DNA of 64,000 bases from Bilabrum cf. latius (lineage: Eukaryota), in contig OZ237749.1 in assembly GCA_965178125.1 (NCBI GenBank), positions 186,001-250,000 on the forward strand. Reading direction: 5' to 3'. This document shows, piece after piece, positions 1-12,834 of the stretch. Under the pieces are notes generated by a model. The model was not told the DNA's origin. It made no database searches and worked only from the letters and a program-made list of their open reading frames with translations. Numbering within the stretch: the stretch's first letter is position 1; each line of letters starts with the position of its first letter. The translations under genes and the position numbers were made by a program.

Positions 1-2087
1 TCCTCGCCGATATCAGCTGGATGCATGCTGCTCGTCAGCAACGGCCCTGTGCTGCTTTCAGGTTGGTGTGTGCGTGCATCAGTTGCAACCTTTAAAATTG
101 CCCCCAGCGCAATCCCAGGCAGGCCTGCCTCGATCAGCGAAGTGTCGCGCAAGATCACCGCGGCTTCGTCTGCAACTGTAGCGACCATGCCGGAGCTGGA
201 CGACGACCGAGATTCAGCTTGCTGTTGCTATCCAGCGGCTGCTGGAATCGATACTCCATCTCGGACAATTGTGAGCCGCTACAATTCAGCAATTCCCCGA
301 CTTCCCGCATCGTCCTGGTCAAATTTGGTCTGGTCTGTACCAGTGCATGCGATAGTCGCAGCAATTAAGCATTGCTGTACGAAGGCCTCGCCTGCCACAT
401 GCCCTCCAGCGCGCAAAAACACTCGCACAGCACGTCTCAACGACTCTAAGGAAGCTAAACTAGACTCTTGTCCGCCATGATCCCCCACCTAAAGCTCCAG
501 GAGATGCGCGCTTCCGGCAGCGGCTAGGCATGCTGCAGCACCCGGATGTAGAGACGCGTGGTTCGCGAGAACTGACAAGGTATTGTGCAGTGGCCACAGC
601 TGTTCGCTAATGGCGACTGGTGCAGGTGCATCTGATGGTGCCTGGTGCGCCTCGGAGCTCAAGGATCCTTTCCAAGCCGCCACAGCTGCTTTTAGTGCGA
701 GCCTGCTTCCATTGCCCCAGCAGCGCGAGGCGGCAAGGAGCAGACGCAGCTTGAACTGCCGTGATCTCATTGAGCGATCACGATCCAACCCTGCTCGAAC
801 GCCCGCAATAGGAAGAATGAGCTGCATAGCAACGCGCACACTAGCAGCCGCACTCAGCCCGACAGATGCCATCCGATCCCCCGAAGCCCTTCCCCCAGCA
901 GGTCCACCGGCAGGCGAGGGTGTTGGCGTCGGTGCCAACGCGTCCATCAGATGCAGCGCAACCCGTGATGCGATCATGAATTTAGGGTCATTCTGTAGAA
1001 TCTGCGCAGTCTGATCCCCTTGCCCTTCCTGACCACTCTCCTGGCCACTGGCACTGGAGCTGCCAACAGCAGCAGCAGCACCAGAGGCAGCAGCTGGGTC
1101 TTGTCCACCGCTGGCAACCGATTGTCTGCTGCCATTGGATAGCAGCACCATGGCTTGGGAAGCGACGCTTGCAACGTATGAAGGCTAATCGACAGTAAAC
1201 TCAGACGGCGGACCCCCCAGCGACTTGGTCCATACTCCCGGCCCGCCCAGTGCCACCGACTTGGCCAATCCCTCGGCTGATTTGAGCAGTGCGTCGGGCC
1301 TGAGCCCCTCAAGGGTGGACAGGCTGGCTGCTCCCAGTCCACCGGGGCCTGAGACCGTCCATCGGACTACTGATTGGGCTAGCCTTCCGTAGCACCTCGC
1401 GGCTGCGAATGCCTGTCGCTGCTGGTGCGTGCTGCGGCCCCTTTGAGGCACGCTCGGGCTTCCCACCGGGAGGGCCTGGAAGGCTGCGTGCGATCGCATG
1501 CCGGGGTCGCAGCGGAGGAGCATATGTCTTAGCTTCTGGCATGGAGAGTCCTCGCGATCCGTTCCATGGCGCGCGGCAACCCGCTCTGCTGCGTCAATTC
1601 GCTGCCAAGTCTCAGAGATGAGCAATGCCCTGACCGCGTCGGGCAGCACGGTCTTGGTAAACGACCTTTCCGGACAATTAGACACGGCAGATATGATAGC
1701 TTCGATGGTTTGATTTAAGCAATACTGCCTGTGACTTGCAGTTGTCTTTGGTGCAGCAAATGGGAAGCAGCTCTCTCGAAACCTCTGCAGCCGGGCATGC
1801 TTCCACCCTATCTTTGCTGCTGATGGCCGCTTGGTGAAGGCAGGAACAGCGCGTAGTGGAGCATTCACGTACACACATAGCAGCCACATGCAGTCCAATA
1901 CGAATATGCATGACTGCAAGGCAGTGATGTTGATACCAGTTGAGCCATCACCCTTGCGTTGTACCACAGCGGCACTGAGAGCTTCTGCAGAAGTTCTGCA
2001 TTTGTCAACCCAGCCCTTCAACCGCTCGAAGGACCATTGGTCTGATATCCGTAACTACTGTAGAATGTCATCCAATTCTTCTTGCAT
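1..2087 (-). CDS. Large Ala-rich hypothetical protein (3' end outside the window)
   Basis: ORFs 1185..2021, 489..1151 and 279..488 share one frame and are separated only by TAG (2055, 1185, 489, 279, 228). ATG at 2087 (MQEELDDIL...). The frame stays open to the window edge. TAG 228 sits in G*QQQ. Confidence 0.7.
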
Positions 2088-2190
2088 GTAGTGCGTGCGA
2101 AAAGTCCCAGCGGCGAATTGGTTCGGCAAAGGTTCTCCACGAACCACCTAAACAAGGCCAAGTGCAACAGCCAGATTTCAGCAGCAATAA

Positions 2191-3036
2191 ATGGCGTCCG
2201 TTGCGTCTATTTCGTCCGCAACAGCAGTTAAGCGCTTGCGTAGAGAATATGAGAAGATGAGAAAGGCTCCTGCTCCGGGTATATCGGCAGTGCCGAGGTG
2301 CAGTGCTTCAGGAGAGGTAAACTGGTTTACTTGGGACTGTTGCATGGTCGGACCTGTGGATTCGCCTTACGAAGATGGCATTTTTAGAGCGCTGATTGAA
2401 ATTCCACGATAGTATCCCATGATGCCTGTGAGTACTAAGTCAAGTGTACTCCCCCAGACTATTGTATCTTTGCCATCAGAGCCAATCTTTGTTTGCACGC
2501 ATTTCTCGCAGCCAAAAATGAGTTTCGTGACCCCCATATTTCACCCGAATGTATATTCAAAAGTTTAGGAGGGCGCAATGCCTGGTGAACGCCATACAAG
2601 GGGCGAAGTTTGCATATCAATTCTGAAGGCCCCCGGGCGGGACCTTTTTGGCGAGGCCCCCGAGGACACCCGTTGGCGAGCCTCTTTGTCCATCGAGGCT
2701 GTGCTTCTATCAGTCTAGTCCCTTTTGATCGATCCCAATCCGGACAGTCCGGCCAACACGGATGCAGCGACGCTCTGGCGCCGGAGCAGATCAGCATTCC
2801 TGGAGCGAGCGAGGCGCAACGTGGCAAACTCCCTCGGGCTCCGGGGCAGCCCCCCTGCTGTCCTCGTTGATGAAGTCGGCGCGCTTCCAGAGCGCGAGTA
2901 CAAGGCTCTGCTTGAGTCCGGGACGGGTGCCGGCATCAAGGCAAGGAAGGGAGGAGGTGACACGGGATTGAGCGGTACTGCTAGTGGTGGTGCGGGTGCT
3001 GGTGCTGCTCCCCGAGCCAACTTGAAGGTTGGTTGA
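2191..3036 (+). CDS. Ubiquitin-conjugating enzyme E2 (Ubc7/Cdc34-like, with an insertion after the catalytic Cys)
   Basis: KRLRRE, GPVDSPYEDGIF, IPR*YPMMP|PKMSFVTPIFHPNVY, GEVCISIL, VLLSV*SLLIDPNPDSPAN. GT-AG intron 2428..2511. In-frame TAG at 2410, 2566 and 2716. Ends TGA. Confidence 0.93.
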
Positions 3037-3123
3037 AGGCACTGCTGTCGAATTCGACTCTTCTATTCAAGTAGTACCCGCAGATCTTAACCAGATCCCC
3101 ACCAAGCTATGCACGCGGCACCC

Positions 3124-4799
3124 TCAAACAAGCATGGGCGGTGGCCGGATCCGGCCAGACTCCGCGGGTGCCATGCCTTCAACTGAGCCCGCGGCAGCCC
3201 CACCCATCCACAGGGACTTCATTGAGGCCCCCTCAAACGCATCCAGCAGCTGAGGCTGCGCCTGTCTCGTCATGTTTGATCGCCCTGTCGTGCCGCTCAT
3301 GGCATTGGAACCCCAAGTGTACACCTTCCCTTTGCTGGACAGAGCCCCAAGTGCACCCGTGCTGCACGCCACCTGAACGATCGTCTCGTCCTCCTCCATG
3401 CCATCAAACGCCCCCTGAATGACCTCGTACGGCCGCAGATCCACCCTGGACCCCCACGTGTACACGCGTCCATCTGCCATGAGCGCGATGCAGCCTTGTT
3501 CCCCGGCCCTGAGCTGCACGGCCTCGGCTGCCATGGCTTCGTCAGACTCGACTGCGGAGGCAAGTTAGGCGGGGGAAGAGAGGTGGTGTGGGGAGGTGAG
3601 GGCCCCTTGGAAACAAGGCAAGCATAATCATAGATCGATCTCGGGTAGGACGCACGGCAGGCTGCCACAGAACGAGGAGGAGCGCGACAAGCAGCGCAGA
3701 TACTCACCGTCGAGAATCGTGATCAGCTGCGGCACCGTCTCGCACGCATTAAAGTCAAGCGCGGCATTCTCGCCGAGACCCAGCTGCCCAGCACCGCTCT
3801 TGCCCCATCCCCACATGCCCCCAAAATCGTCAATCGCCACGGTGAAGTCAGACCCGCACGACACGGCCACGCACCTCGTCGCCTCCTGCGGGAAATCGAC
3901 CTGCTGGAACGAGGCAATCGAAGACACGCCCGTGCCCAGTCGGCCGCTCTCCCCTTCCCCCGTCGCCCACAGGACTCCGTCGTCAGCAAGGGCCATGGTG
4001 TGGGCCTGTCCACAGCTCACCGCGTGCACCCGCACTCCTTTCTGCTCCAGATCCTCCACCAGTGCTGGCCTGGGCTGGTCGGTGGAGTCTCCGTGCCCCA
4101 GGGCTCCCTGCTGCATGAGGCTGCCTCCGAATCCCCATGTGAACAACTCCCCTTCGCTGGACACTGCTGCTGCGTGGTACGAGCCAATCGCGACATCCAC
4201 AATGTCGATGCCTTTCAGGGCCGATACTCGCCGGGGCAAGGTCTGAGACGTGACCTTGCCGCCGTGCCCGAGAGCATAACGGTCCTGCGCGAGTATACTA
4301 CCAAACGATAAAAGATATCATCAGTGTGAGAGACACGAAGGAACCCATAGGTGCACAATAGGCGATCCACAGACTTACGGTGCCCCATGTGTACACCGAA
4401 CCATCAGCCCCAAGCGCAATGGAGTTTGTTTCGCTAAATTCAAGCTGCATAGAAGATAATTTGTAGCTGAAGAAGTCAATATCATGCGGCATCAGAATAC
4501 AGAGACGAAAATGTTCTGAATTGGTGTTCGTGGCATACCTTCAGGACATCCCCAGCGAGATCAGAGAGCCTTGCAGGAATATGTGCCTTTGCTTGCACAT
4601 CTGGCTTATCCTTAGGTTTGCTTCCGCCCAAAAAGCCACCAAAGAAGCCACTGCTTCCGCTATCTCGAGTTGCCCCTCTGCCCCAAGTCCACGTCTTGGA
4701 CCCATCCGATGTGCTTAAACATCTTGCCCCAGAGACAGTACTTCGCCTGGCTGAAGCACTTATGTGCAATACCCTTTGGGACCGTAGCAGCCTTTGCAT
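3124..4799 (-). CDS. RCC1-repeat beta-propeller protein with a mitochondrial-presequence-like N-terminus
   Basis: Repeated xVYTWG / GQLGLG / VSCGxxHT motifs. Introns 4445..4538, 4285..4378 and 3552..3707 join the frames. N-terminus is Arg/Ser-rich and lacks acidic residues. Ends TGA. Confidence 0.88.
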
Positions 4800-5270
4800 C
4801 GCTAATGCTAGCTGCTTGTCCGGTGGTTTGTCGGGATCGATGTGCAGCTGCTCCGATTTACCATTGATGCCTCACAAGAGGTCAGGGGCAGGGCCAATGT
4901 CTGTATATCTTGATGGAAGAAGAAGGCAGTTGAGAAGCTATCCGGTTCAACGAGTACTCGCATACATACAGCACGGGCGCAATTCCTTCGGGTTGGCCAC
5001 TGGCCAGCTGAAGCGAATGGCTTCCCAAGACCCCACACAGCAGATCAAACAGCTTCCCTTCGCCGGTTTGACCTATCCTGTGACGTGTATACTCCACCCC
5101 ACACCCCTCACATCGAAACATGCGCCACCAAACTCCCAAACACCACCAGCTGGAATGGGACTGCGCACCTCTGCGTGTCTGGACGTAGGCTACACCCACA
5201 CCTAGCGGTTCCAGACCAGACTGCAGGTGCCGCTGGCACAGACACCAACCATCGAAACGGAAAGGCTCAA

Positions 5271-6020
5271 TCACTTGAAACCCACGGTGCCACTCGAACC
5301 AGAAGCTGCCATGGGCGCGCCCCCTTTGGCACCTGTAGCGCTCACAGGTGCGGCTGCCATGCCATACAGGAGAGCCTTGCCCGCCTCTGGGGCAGAAGGG
5401 GGCGCGGTGTGGGCGCCGTATGCAGGGGGCGGGGGCGGCACTGCGCCAGGTGCACCCGAGGCGGGGCCGCTGCCGTAGCCTGGGGGTGTTGGTGTGATTC
5501 CACCCTCACCTGGGGCTGGTGCTGCAGCTGGCGGGGGTCCCCCGTAGGCCCCGGGGGGAGGGGGGTAGTATCCCCCCGTAGTGGGGGCGGGACCAGGTGC
5601 TGGGGCAGGCGCGGGCGCAGGAGCATACGCAACGCCTGACCCAGGACCTCCTGTAGTCCCAGGAGGGGCATAATAGGCGCCAGGTGCCGGCGCTCCTCCC
5701 CCCACCACGACGACTTCGCGGCGAGGTGCAGGTCGGCCGCCCATGGCCAAGCCAACCGCGGCTCCTGCTACTCCAGCGATCAGGCCCCCCAGCAGGCCAG
5801 GGCCTCCATGATGATGATGGTGGTGCCTTTGATCTTGCCGCCAGTGGGCGTGTCTGGCAGCGGCTCGGTGATGCATTGCGTGGTGCCTAGCGGCATCAGC
5901 AGCAACTGAGTGCGCAACTGCAGCCCCGATGTTACCGTGTGCGGCCGCATGTGCTGCTCGTCGAGTTTCATGCCTCGCTACCCGTTCATCCTACCGTGCC
6001 TTCCTTCGTTGCCGGCGTTC
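5271..6020 (-). CDS. Pro/Gly/Ala/His-rich low-complexity protein with one hydrophobic segment (5' end uncertain)
   Basis: ORF 5271..5876 extends upstream in frame through TAG 5991 to a probable splice acceptor near 6021. Contains His run, GLLGGLIAGVAGAAVGLAMG and PPPPGAYG repeats. Ends TGA. Confidence 0.6.
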
Positions 6021-6308
6021 CTGCAGTTGTGTGAAAACGTCACGCGTCTACCCTATCAAGAAAATCCACGAATCGAGTCGAGAGCGACTTGATGAAAAAG
6101 TCGACTACGATCGCAAATAACTCATGCAGGCTAAAGTAATAGAAAAGGACTCACTCGTCGGTGACCTCCAAGACCGAACATGATAGCAAGTCGTTTTCAG
6201 AGTGGAAAACCCTGAACAACGAAAAATCCAGGCGACTTCGCGGCGGCGCCCCGCAGCCGCTGGGTTCCGCTGGATCCACATCGGACGCAAGCCAGATTTT
6301 CAGTAGAG

Positions 6309-7472
6309 ATGATTGTATCAGGCGCTGTAATACTGCTTGTATCTAGAGCTACGCTGACGCTGGCAGCGGGTCCCTCTGCGTGGTGGTAGAGAGCGTCGGA
6401 TCCAGTGCTGAATATTTCGACGCAATCCACGAAAGATGCGACCATGGGGGTTGATAATGCCTCAGGGAAGTATATACTGGCGTACTCGGCCTTTTATGAT
6501 GATACTGACCCCAACACAGGCAAACTAGAGACGATCTCGCACGTGGTTGGGGTACTTACTGATAACTTTGCGTCCTACGGATCGCCGGTGCTAAACATCT
6601 CTGGACATGATCGCAAATGGAAGGGGATGTGCTCACCTAACTTCTATGAGGCACCTAGCAACGCCCCGATGCCCACTTCTGCCTTGGGCAAGTACGTTGT
6701 GACATTCAACTCATGGGGCGATATCTCAGGCCGGCCGAACCAGCTGTTTTATGTCACGTCCGACGACCTTAAGGTATGGTCAGACTATGCGCCACTCGCT
6801 GCTTCGCGCACTGCAGGGGACCGGGCTATCGATGCCGCGGTGGCGTGGATCCCGGTGTCATCAGCATCAGCTACGGGTCGGGCAAGCCACTGGCAGCAGT
6901 GGTCCGTGGGTTCGTCCAACCGGTGGGTGCTGGCTTACAAGGACGGGGCCGGCCTGACTAGATTCGGCGTGTCCGATGCATTGGATGGCAACTTTACAGA
7001 CCCGCTGGATGGCAAACTCCCGGAGTTCTACTACGAGGGAGGCAAGCCATCCTACGCGACCCACGAGAACTTTGAGTTTTTCCATGGGCCTGACGGGGAC
7101 CTGCGTATCGTGACGAGTGACTACGGGTCGGGGACGAGCGGTCGCGAGACGTGGATCTACAGACAGGAGAAGGAGGGTGACCTGTCGAAATGGGTGGACG
7201 GGGCTCTTATACCAGTCCCCAGGCAGAGTTTTAACGGGGACGACAACTCGAACGCGGGCTACGTGGCCGACTGGCGGTCCCTCGGCGAGGCAGGTTCCAG
7301 GGTGGAGGGTGAAGGTGGAGATGGGTACTACTACATGGTGTGGGCAGGGAACAACAACCACGATTCGTTCTCGGGGCGTGGGCACAACGAGCTAGGCATG
7401 TCTCGGTCACAGAACCTCAAGGACTGGGAGGTGCTGCCTGAGAGCAGAGCGGGGCGTACGCTACGTTCTTGA
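6309..7472 (+). CDS. Secreted glycoside-hydrolase-like protein (probable beta-propeller, GH43/GH32-clan-like)
   Basis: Reading TAG 6387 as sense gives MIVSGAVILLVSRATLTLAAG, a signal-peptide-like start. Has SDDLKVW and SQNLKDW Asp-box-like motifs and RAIDAA. Intronless. Ends TGA. Confidence 0.7.
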
Positions 7473-7626
7473 AGAGTTGGGAGTGAATGAAAATAGAAAG
7501 GCGTGGACCTGATAAAGCTTCAATTTTTTGCAGGTTTATGAGGAACGTTCACTGCGACTCAAAACGAACTTGCGCTAGAATCTACTGTTTGTAGTTGCGA
7601 GGCCACTTAGCACTGGGGCAATTGCC

Positions 7627-10452
7627 ATGCTCTCGCTAGCTTCGCTTCTAATTTTATCCGTGCTCTCAGCAAAGTCACTCTCGAAGCATATCGAGACGCT
7701 ATCTGCAATCGGAGGCGACGCAACGGAGTGCAAGTTTCGAGAACTAACATACAACTACTCGCTTATCCAGGTGGAAAACCGCGGACCCATGCTCAGTGTA
7801 TTTGATGCATTAGAACTGGACTCTATGTGCGGACTAGCGCGGCCGCCCGCTCCAACGGAGAAGCCTGAGGGCGACTGGCCACCGGTGCTGCCCACCCCAC
7901 CGGATCCATCCTCCCGCAATATTTTTGTTGATGCCTTGCATGGATCAGACAAGTCTGGAGATGGATCCATCGCGAAACCATTCCAAACGATCCTTAAGGC
8001 GGTTGAACTGTCTCGCACTCCCTCCAAGTAGCCGAGCACAGCTATTCTGCTTCGCGAAGGGATCCACCGACTCCAAGACACTCTGCGGCTCGGACCCAAA
8101 GATTCGGGATTGCGAATCCAGAACTACAACGGAGAAGCAGCATGGGTCTCAGGTGGTACACCGCTGGATCTTGGCAATGGGTGGAAACGGCACCCGGCCC
8201 CTGGCAACATCTGGTACGCAGACCTGGCGACACCCCCGGAGGACCCGATCGTGGGCCTCTTCCAGGCAGAGCCCCACGTGAGGTACATGCGGGCTAGGTG
8301 GCCAAATCCGCCCTCCGGCTCCAACGAGATCAGGCCAGTGGCCAAGGTACAGCCTGTGTCCTACCTGGCGCCCGCCTCGATCCAGCCAAAATCGGAGCAG
8401 ATCCTGGTCAACGCGACTCTCATGTCCGGGTTCGACTCGAGCACGATGTACCAGTACAACTCATACGTCAACGGCAAATGCAACCAAACCAATGATCCGG
8501 AGTGCCCGTGCGGCGCATGGACCGACATAAAGGACGGGGTGTGGACCAGCGAGTCATACTGGTGCTCTGAGTTCGCCGCGGGTGGATGGGCTGAGATGGA
8601 CCGTGGATTGGGATACTATAACGGACCCACGCTGCCCAAGGGGCTCGTGTACAACACCACAGCTGGAGGTGACCCGAGCACGGACACCTCGCGGTTCCAG
8701 AGGTACAAGAATGCAACCGGAGCAATCGTGGTGCCGTGGCGAGCCCAGGGATGGTTCAACAATTTCTACGAGGTCGACTCCCAGGACAAGGAGGCAGGGG
8801 TGCTGCACTGGTCAAAGGGGGGCCAGCAGGGCGGCAGGGGCTGGCAGATCAACTCCACGGGTGCCATCCACCCGACTCCCCCCTTCTTCATCGAGAACGT
8901 GTTCGAGGAGCTGGACATTCCGGGAGAGTACTACTACGACCAGCAGGCGCACCGGCTGTACCTATACTGGAATTCGACCTCAAACGAGCCCCCGCCGGCA
9001 TCTGCCCAGTTCTTGGCGACGACATCTGAGCTGACGCAGCTGATCGCCATCGTTGGCGGGGGCATGCAGGACCCTGTCGCGAACGTGTCGATCGCCGGGG
9101 TTGGATTCCGAGACGCCGCGATCGAGTACATGAAGCCGTGGGGCGTGCCGAGTGGCGGTGATTGGGCCCTTCACCGAGGCGGGGCCGTGTTCCTCGAGCG
9201 GACGCAGGGGACCACTGTGGAGGCCTGCTTGTTCAGGAGGGTGGACGGGAACGCGCTCTTCTTGAGTGGATTCAACCGCGATGTCGAAATTCAGGACAAT
9301 GAGTTCGTTTGGATTGGCGACTCGGCGATGGCTGCGTGGGGTTACACTGACCAGCACGATGGCAGGGACGGAGATTAGCCGAGAGGTACGCTGGTGCAGC
9401 GCAACCTCTGCCACGAGATCGGCATCATGCAGCTGCAGAGCTCCTGCTGGTTCCAGGCCAAGACAGCCACCACTACCATCAGGAACAACCTCTTCTACAA
9501 CGGTCCCAGAGCGGGTGAGTGCTGCCGGTCGCCTTGCTTGCTTGAAATGTACCGCGGTCGAGACCTACTGTGCGCTATTGTGATTTTGCATTTCATCGCA
9601 GGCATCAACCTGAACGACCATTTTGGCGGAGGAGACGACATCGACAGCAACGTCATTTTCAACCAGTGCAGGGAGTCTGGTGAGGCATTGCTCGCACATG
9701 GAGGGGATACTTATCTAATTGCTCCAGGCGTGATCATGTCAAGAAGCTGTTTGCCCATTTGTATTCAACTGATGCGTTTGGTCACCCGCTACAAGCAGCT
9801 CATACCCTTGGACCCTCACGCAGGCGACCACGGACCTATCAACACCTGGGACCGGCAGCCGTTCTACTCAGACCTGCGGGACCCCGCTGGTTCATGGAAC
9901 CCCCTCTTCTCCACCATCTCTCGCAATGTAATCATCGCGACGTATGGTTCTAGCCAGGGGGTGGATAACGACGACGGGTCCACCTGGTTTGACCTGCACC
10001 ACAACGTGGTGTACGGAGAGGGCATCAAGCAGGACTACGGGGGCCACGACTCCAAGTATCACAGCAACCTGAACCTCGTGCACAAGTATGACGGGCAAAA
10101 CTGCTTCAACACGGCGCCTTTTAAGGACGCCAAGGGGCCGTGCGGTGACTGGAGCTCCGGCCCCGCCGTGTGCTCCCATGCTCATCGCTTCGAGAACAAC
10201 ACCTGCATCGTACTGTACGAGGACATTGTCTCTCCGAATGCCGGGGGGTGCCCCCCTAACCTCGACCAGATGGTCAGGCTGCAGAACAACACGTACATGA
10301 CTCCAACAGCTGGAAACGCGACGTTCGCCAAATGCGGCAACCTCGCTGCCCTCCAGGAAGGCGGCACCTCCAAGGGGTCGCAGAGTCTTGCCCTGCCGCA
10401 GAGCGACGATATCTGGCTTGCTATTGCCTATGACCTGCTGAGCATGAAATGA
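7627..10452 (+). CDS. Secreted right-handed parallel beta-helix (pectin-lyase-fold) protein
   Basis: Signal peptide, FVDALHGSDKSGDGSIAKPFQTI, LLREGIH, RARWPN, ENVFEELDIPGEYYYD, GDHGPINTWDR, DNDDGS. ORF pieces are joined by TAG 8029 and 9376. Probable introns 9515..9601 and 9680..9823. Ends TGA. Confidence 0.85.
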
Positions 10453-10745
10453 GCTGGCTTTTGCTGGGGTACTGCTGCGACGTGGTGTATCATACTACTG
10501 GCCGCGCCGTATATAACTCGTCCCCGCCTTCAGCGAAGGAACATCGGCCCATGAAACTCTAGTATTTGTGGGTCGAATGACTCCACCACTGCACTGCGTG
10601 CCGGATTGGTCTCATTCGATTGACTCGACGTGTAGCTGAAACTGTTCATTCAAACACAGTAGTCTAGATACTAAGTATCGATCCGGATTCCGGAATCCGG
10701 AATCATGTCCAGCATCATGCTGATCTGTGTGAGCTTCGCACCGGA

Positions 10746-12413
10746 TCACCACCAAAAGTTCACGCTCATCGACGGCTGTGCCCTTCTCCAAGCGTCCTGC
10801 TCCTCCGACAGCGCCTCCTTGCCCGCCTTTGTCCTCGCCATCTCCAGGGGGTCGCTGTCCTCCATGCTCAGCTCCACGGGCACTGGGAGGTCGTCGTCTG
10901 CCTCAAGCAGCGCATCAGCAGCCGCCTTGCTGCCACCCCTTGGAGACTCATACTACAGCTGCTCGATCCTGTCGGGGGACCAGATGGATCCGTCCCCAGC
11001 AGAGCAGAAGTGCCACCACTTCTACGGGATGAAGATGGCATCGCCGGGCCGAAGCACGCACTCGAACGAGGGGGCCTCAAGCACCAGGGGGTGCTGCTGC
11101 CTGACCTTGTCCACGTCCCTTGGATCCGCGCACTCGGACGTGTTCGGCTTTCTCCATTCCGCGTCTCCTACCTGGCTCACTGGGTACAGGTGCCTATCTC
11201 CCACGTCTGGCCTCCACAGCCTGCAGTACTTCTCGCCGTACACCTGCACGAGCATGTTGGGGCCCGAGTCAAAGTGCGGGTTAGAGAAGGAGGAGGGAGG
11301 GGACCACCACAAGTTGCACTGGGTGTCACCCACGGTCGGGTACAGCTCTGGCAAAGCATCGAGAGCGCCCTGAATGGTCTCCTGCTCTTCCGGCGAGAGG
11401 CTGGGCTGTTCCGTGGGCACAATGTCGGGCGAGGCCCCTGCATCCAGCAGGGCAGCGCCACCACCCATGCGGCCCAGCATGGCACGTTCTGTCTCCCACA
11501 GGCGCTTGGCCGACCCTTTGGCTCCCAGGCAGGCGGCGACATAGGCAGGCACCCACATGTCCTGCAGCAGGCCCGGGCTGACGGACCGTATATCCTTCTG
11601 GGCTAGGTACAGGCGCGGGACCGATTCCCGGAGGCGGGCGTAGTGCGCGTATCGAAACAAGTACTTCCACAGTACCGCCAATGGGATCTGGACCCTCTGC
11701 ATCCTGGATAGCTCCGAAGTCCCGCCGGGCTCGATGTGCGCGTCCCCGCGTCCCTGCAGCACCTCCTCCAGCAGCTCCGGCGGGACGTCCTCCATGCGCC
11801 ACGGGAAATCCGGCTCGCTCTGCGCGGCATCACCGCCAGTGGAATCGGAAGGAGCTGGTTCGCGGACAGGGACTTTCCCTTCCGCCTGCAGCTTCCTCAT
11901 CCTGGCATCCAACTCGAGGAGCATTCCAGTCTGGTTGTCCCGCGAGGCCGAGCGCGCCAGCGCCACAGCATCGTCATCTTCCGCTTTCCCGGCACGGGCC
12001 ATGTAATGCAAGCCTGCTTCGACTTGAGCAAACCTTGATTCCCCTGATATCCTCTCTTCGTCTTTAAGCATTCGACTGAATTCACGCCATCGACGACCGC
12101 CCCAGCTGACGGCTGGCCAAGTAGCGGATGCGCCTCGAATGACCACAGGTACTTCAGATTTTACAAATTCCTTTCGAAACTACCGCGGAGAAAACTAGCT
12201 TGCGTGTCGTTCTGGCATTGGTCTTGGAGCCACGTCAGCGCCGCTTGCTGAAGTTGATAATGTCAAGCACTGAGGCCTCTGCCGAAGCCTGCAGCTCAAA
12301 GAACGACCTAACCTTGTGCAGCATACTCTCATCCCAGAATTGTTGGGACAACTGATTGGCGGCAATTTAAATGAGTTTAAAACCGCATGCGGCCAGTGCC
12401 CCTCGTCACACAA
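10746..12413 (-). CDS. JmjC-domain 2-oxoglutarate/Fe(II) oxygenase, JMJD5/KDM8-like (5' end uncertain)
   Basis: FRKEFV..PVVIRG..WPA, HxD in SNPHFDSGPNMLVQVYGEK, LRPGDAIFIP*KWWH and terminal SMSVNFWW-TGA. The last two motifs are only reached by reading TAG 11022 and 10953 as sense. Further TAGs at 12180 and 12195. Confidence 0.85.
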
Positions 12414-12834
12414 GGTGAATCACAATTCCTACAAGCTGCAGAACTTGGGTAATTTATTTGGAATTAACATTATTGAATATCGGCATTGTTAAATACTACT
12501 TGGATATTCTAAAACACAGCGATCCTGGCTCTGTGGGTCGGACACAAGCTGGATCCATCGCCAAGTGCAACTGCACACATGTCGCAGCCAAGCATAGGGA
12601 TGTAGGCCCAATGCATACGTCTACATGGTTACGTCTATGCCATCAGCATTGAGTAGGCTCCTTTGCCTTTCAGCGCCCTCTTCCAGCAGGTATCGTTGTG
12701 CTCGCAGGATCGTTGCCAAGTTGGGAAGCACTGGTGAATGCGTCTCTGCAGGAATTTAGAGAAGAATAGCTGGCGTTCGATTGGCATGAGCACATCTTTA
12801 TTTATGGATTGAGCTCGATCCCCTGCCCCTGGTC

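Noticed and set aside
9515-9823. Stop-free introns of length 3n (2428..2511, 9515..9601, 9680..9823) as a special pattern
   Set aside because: Other introns are not 3n or contain stops (94, 94, 85 and 89 nt; 156 and 90 nt with TGA). The sample is too small to claim enrichment.
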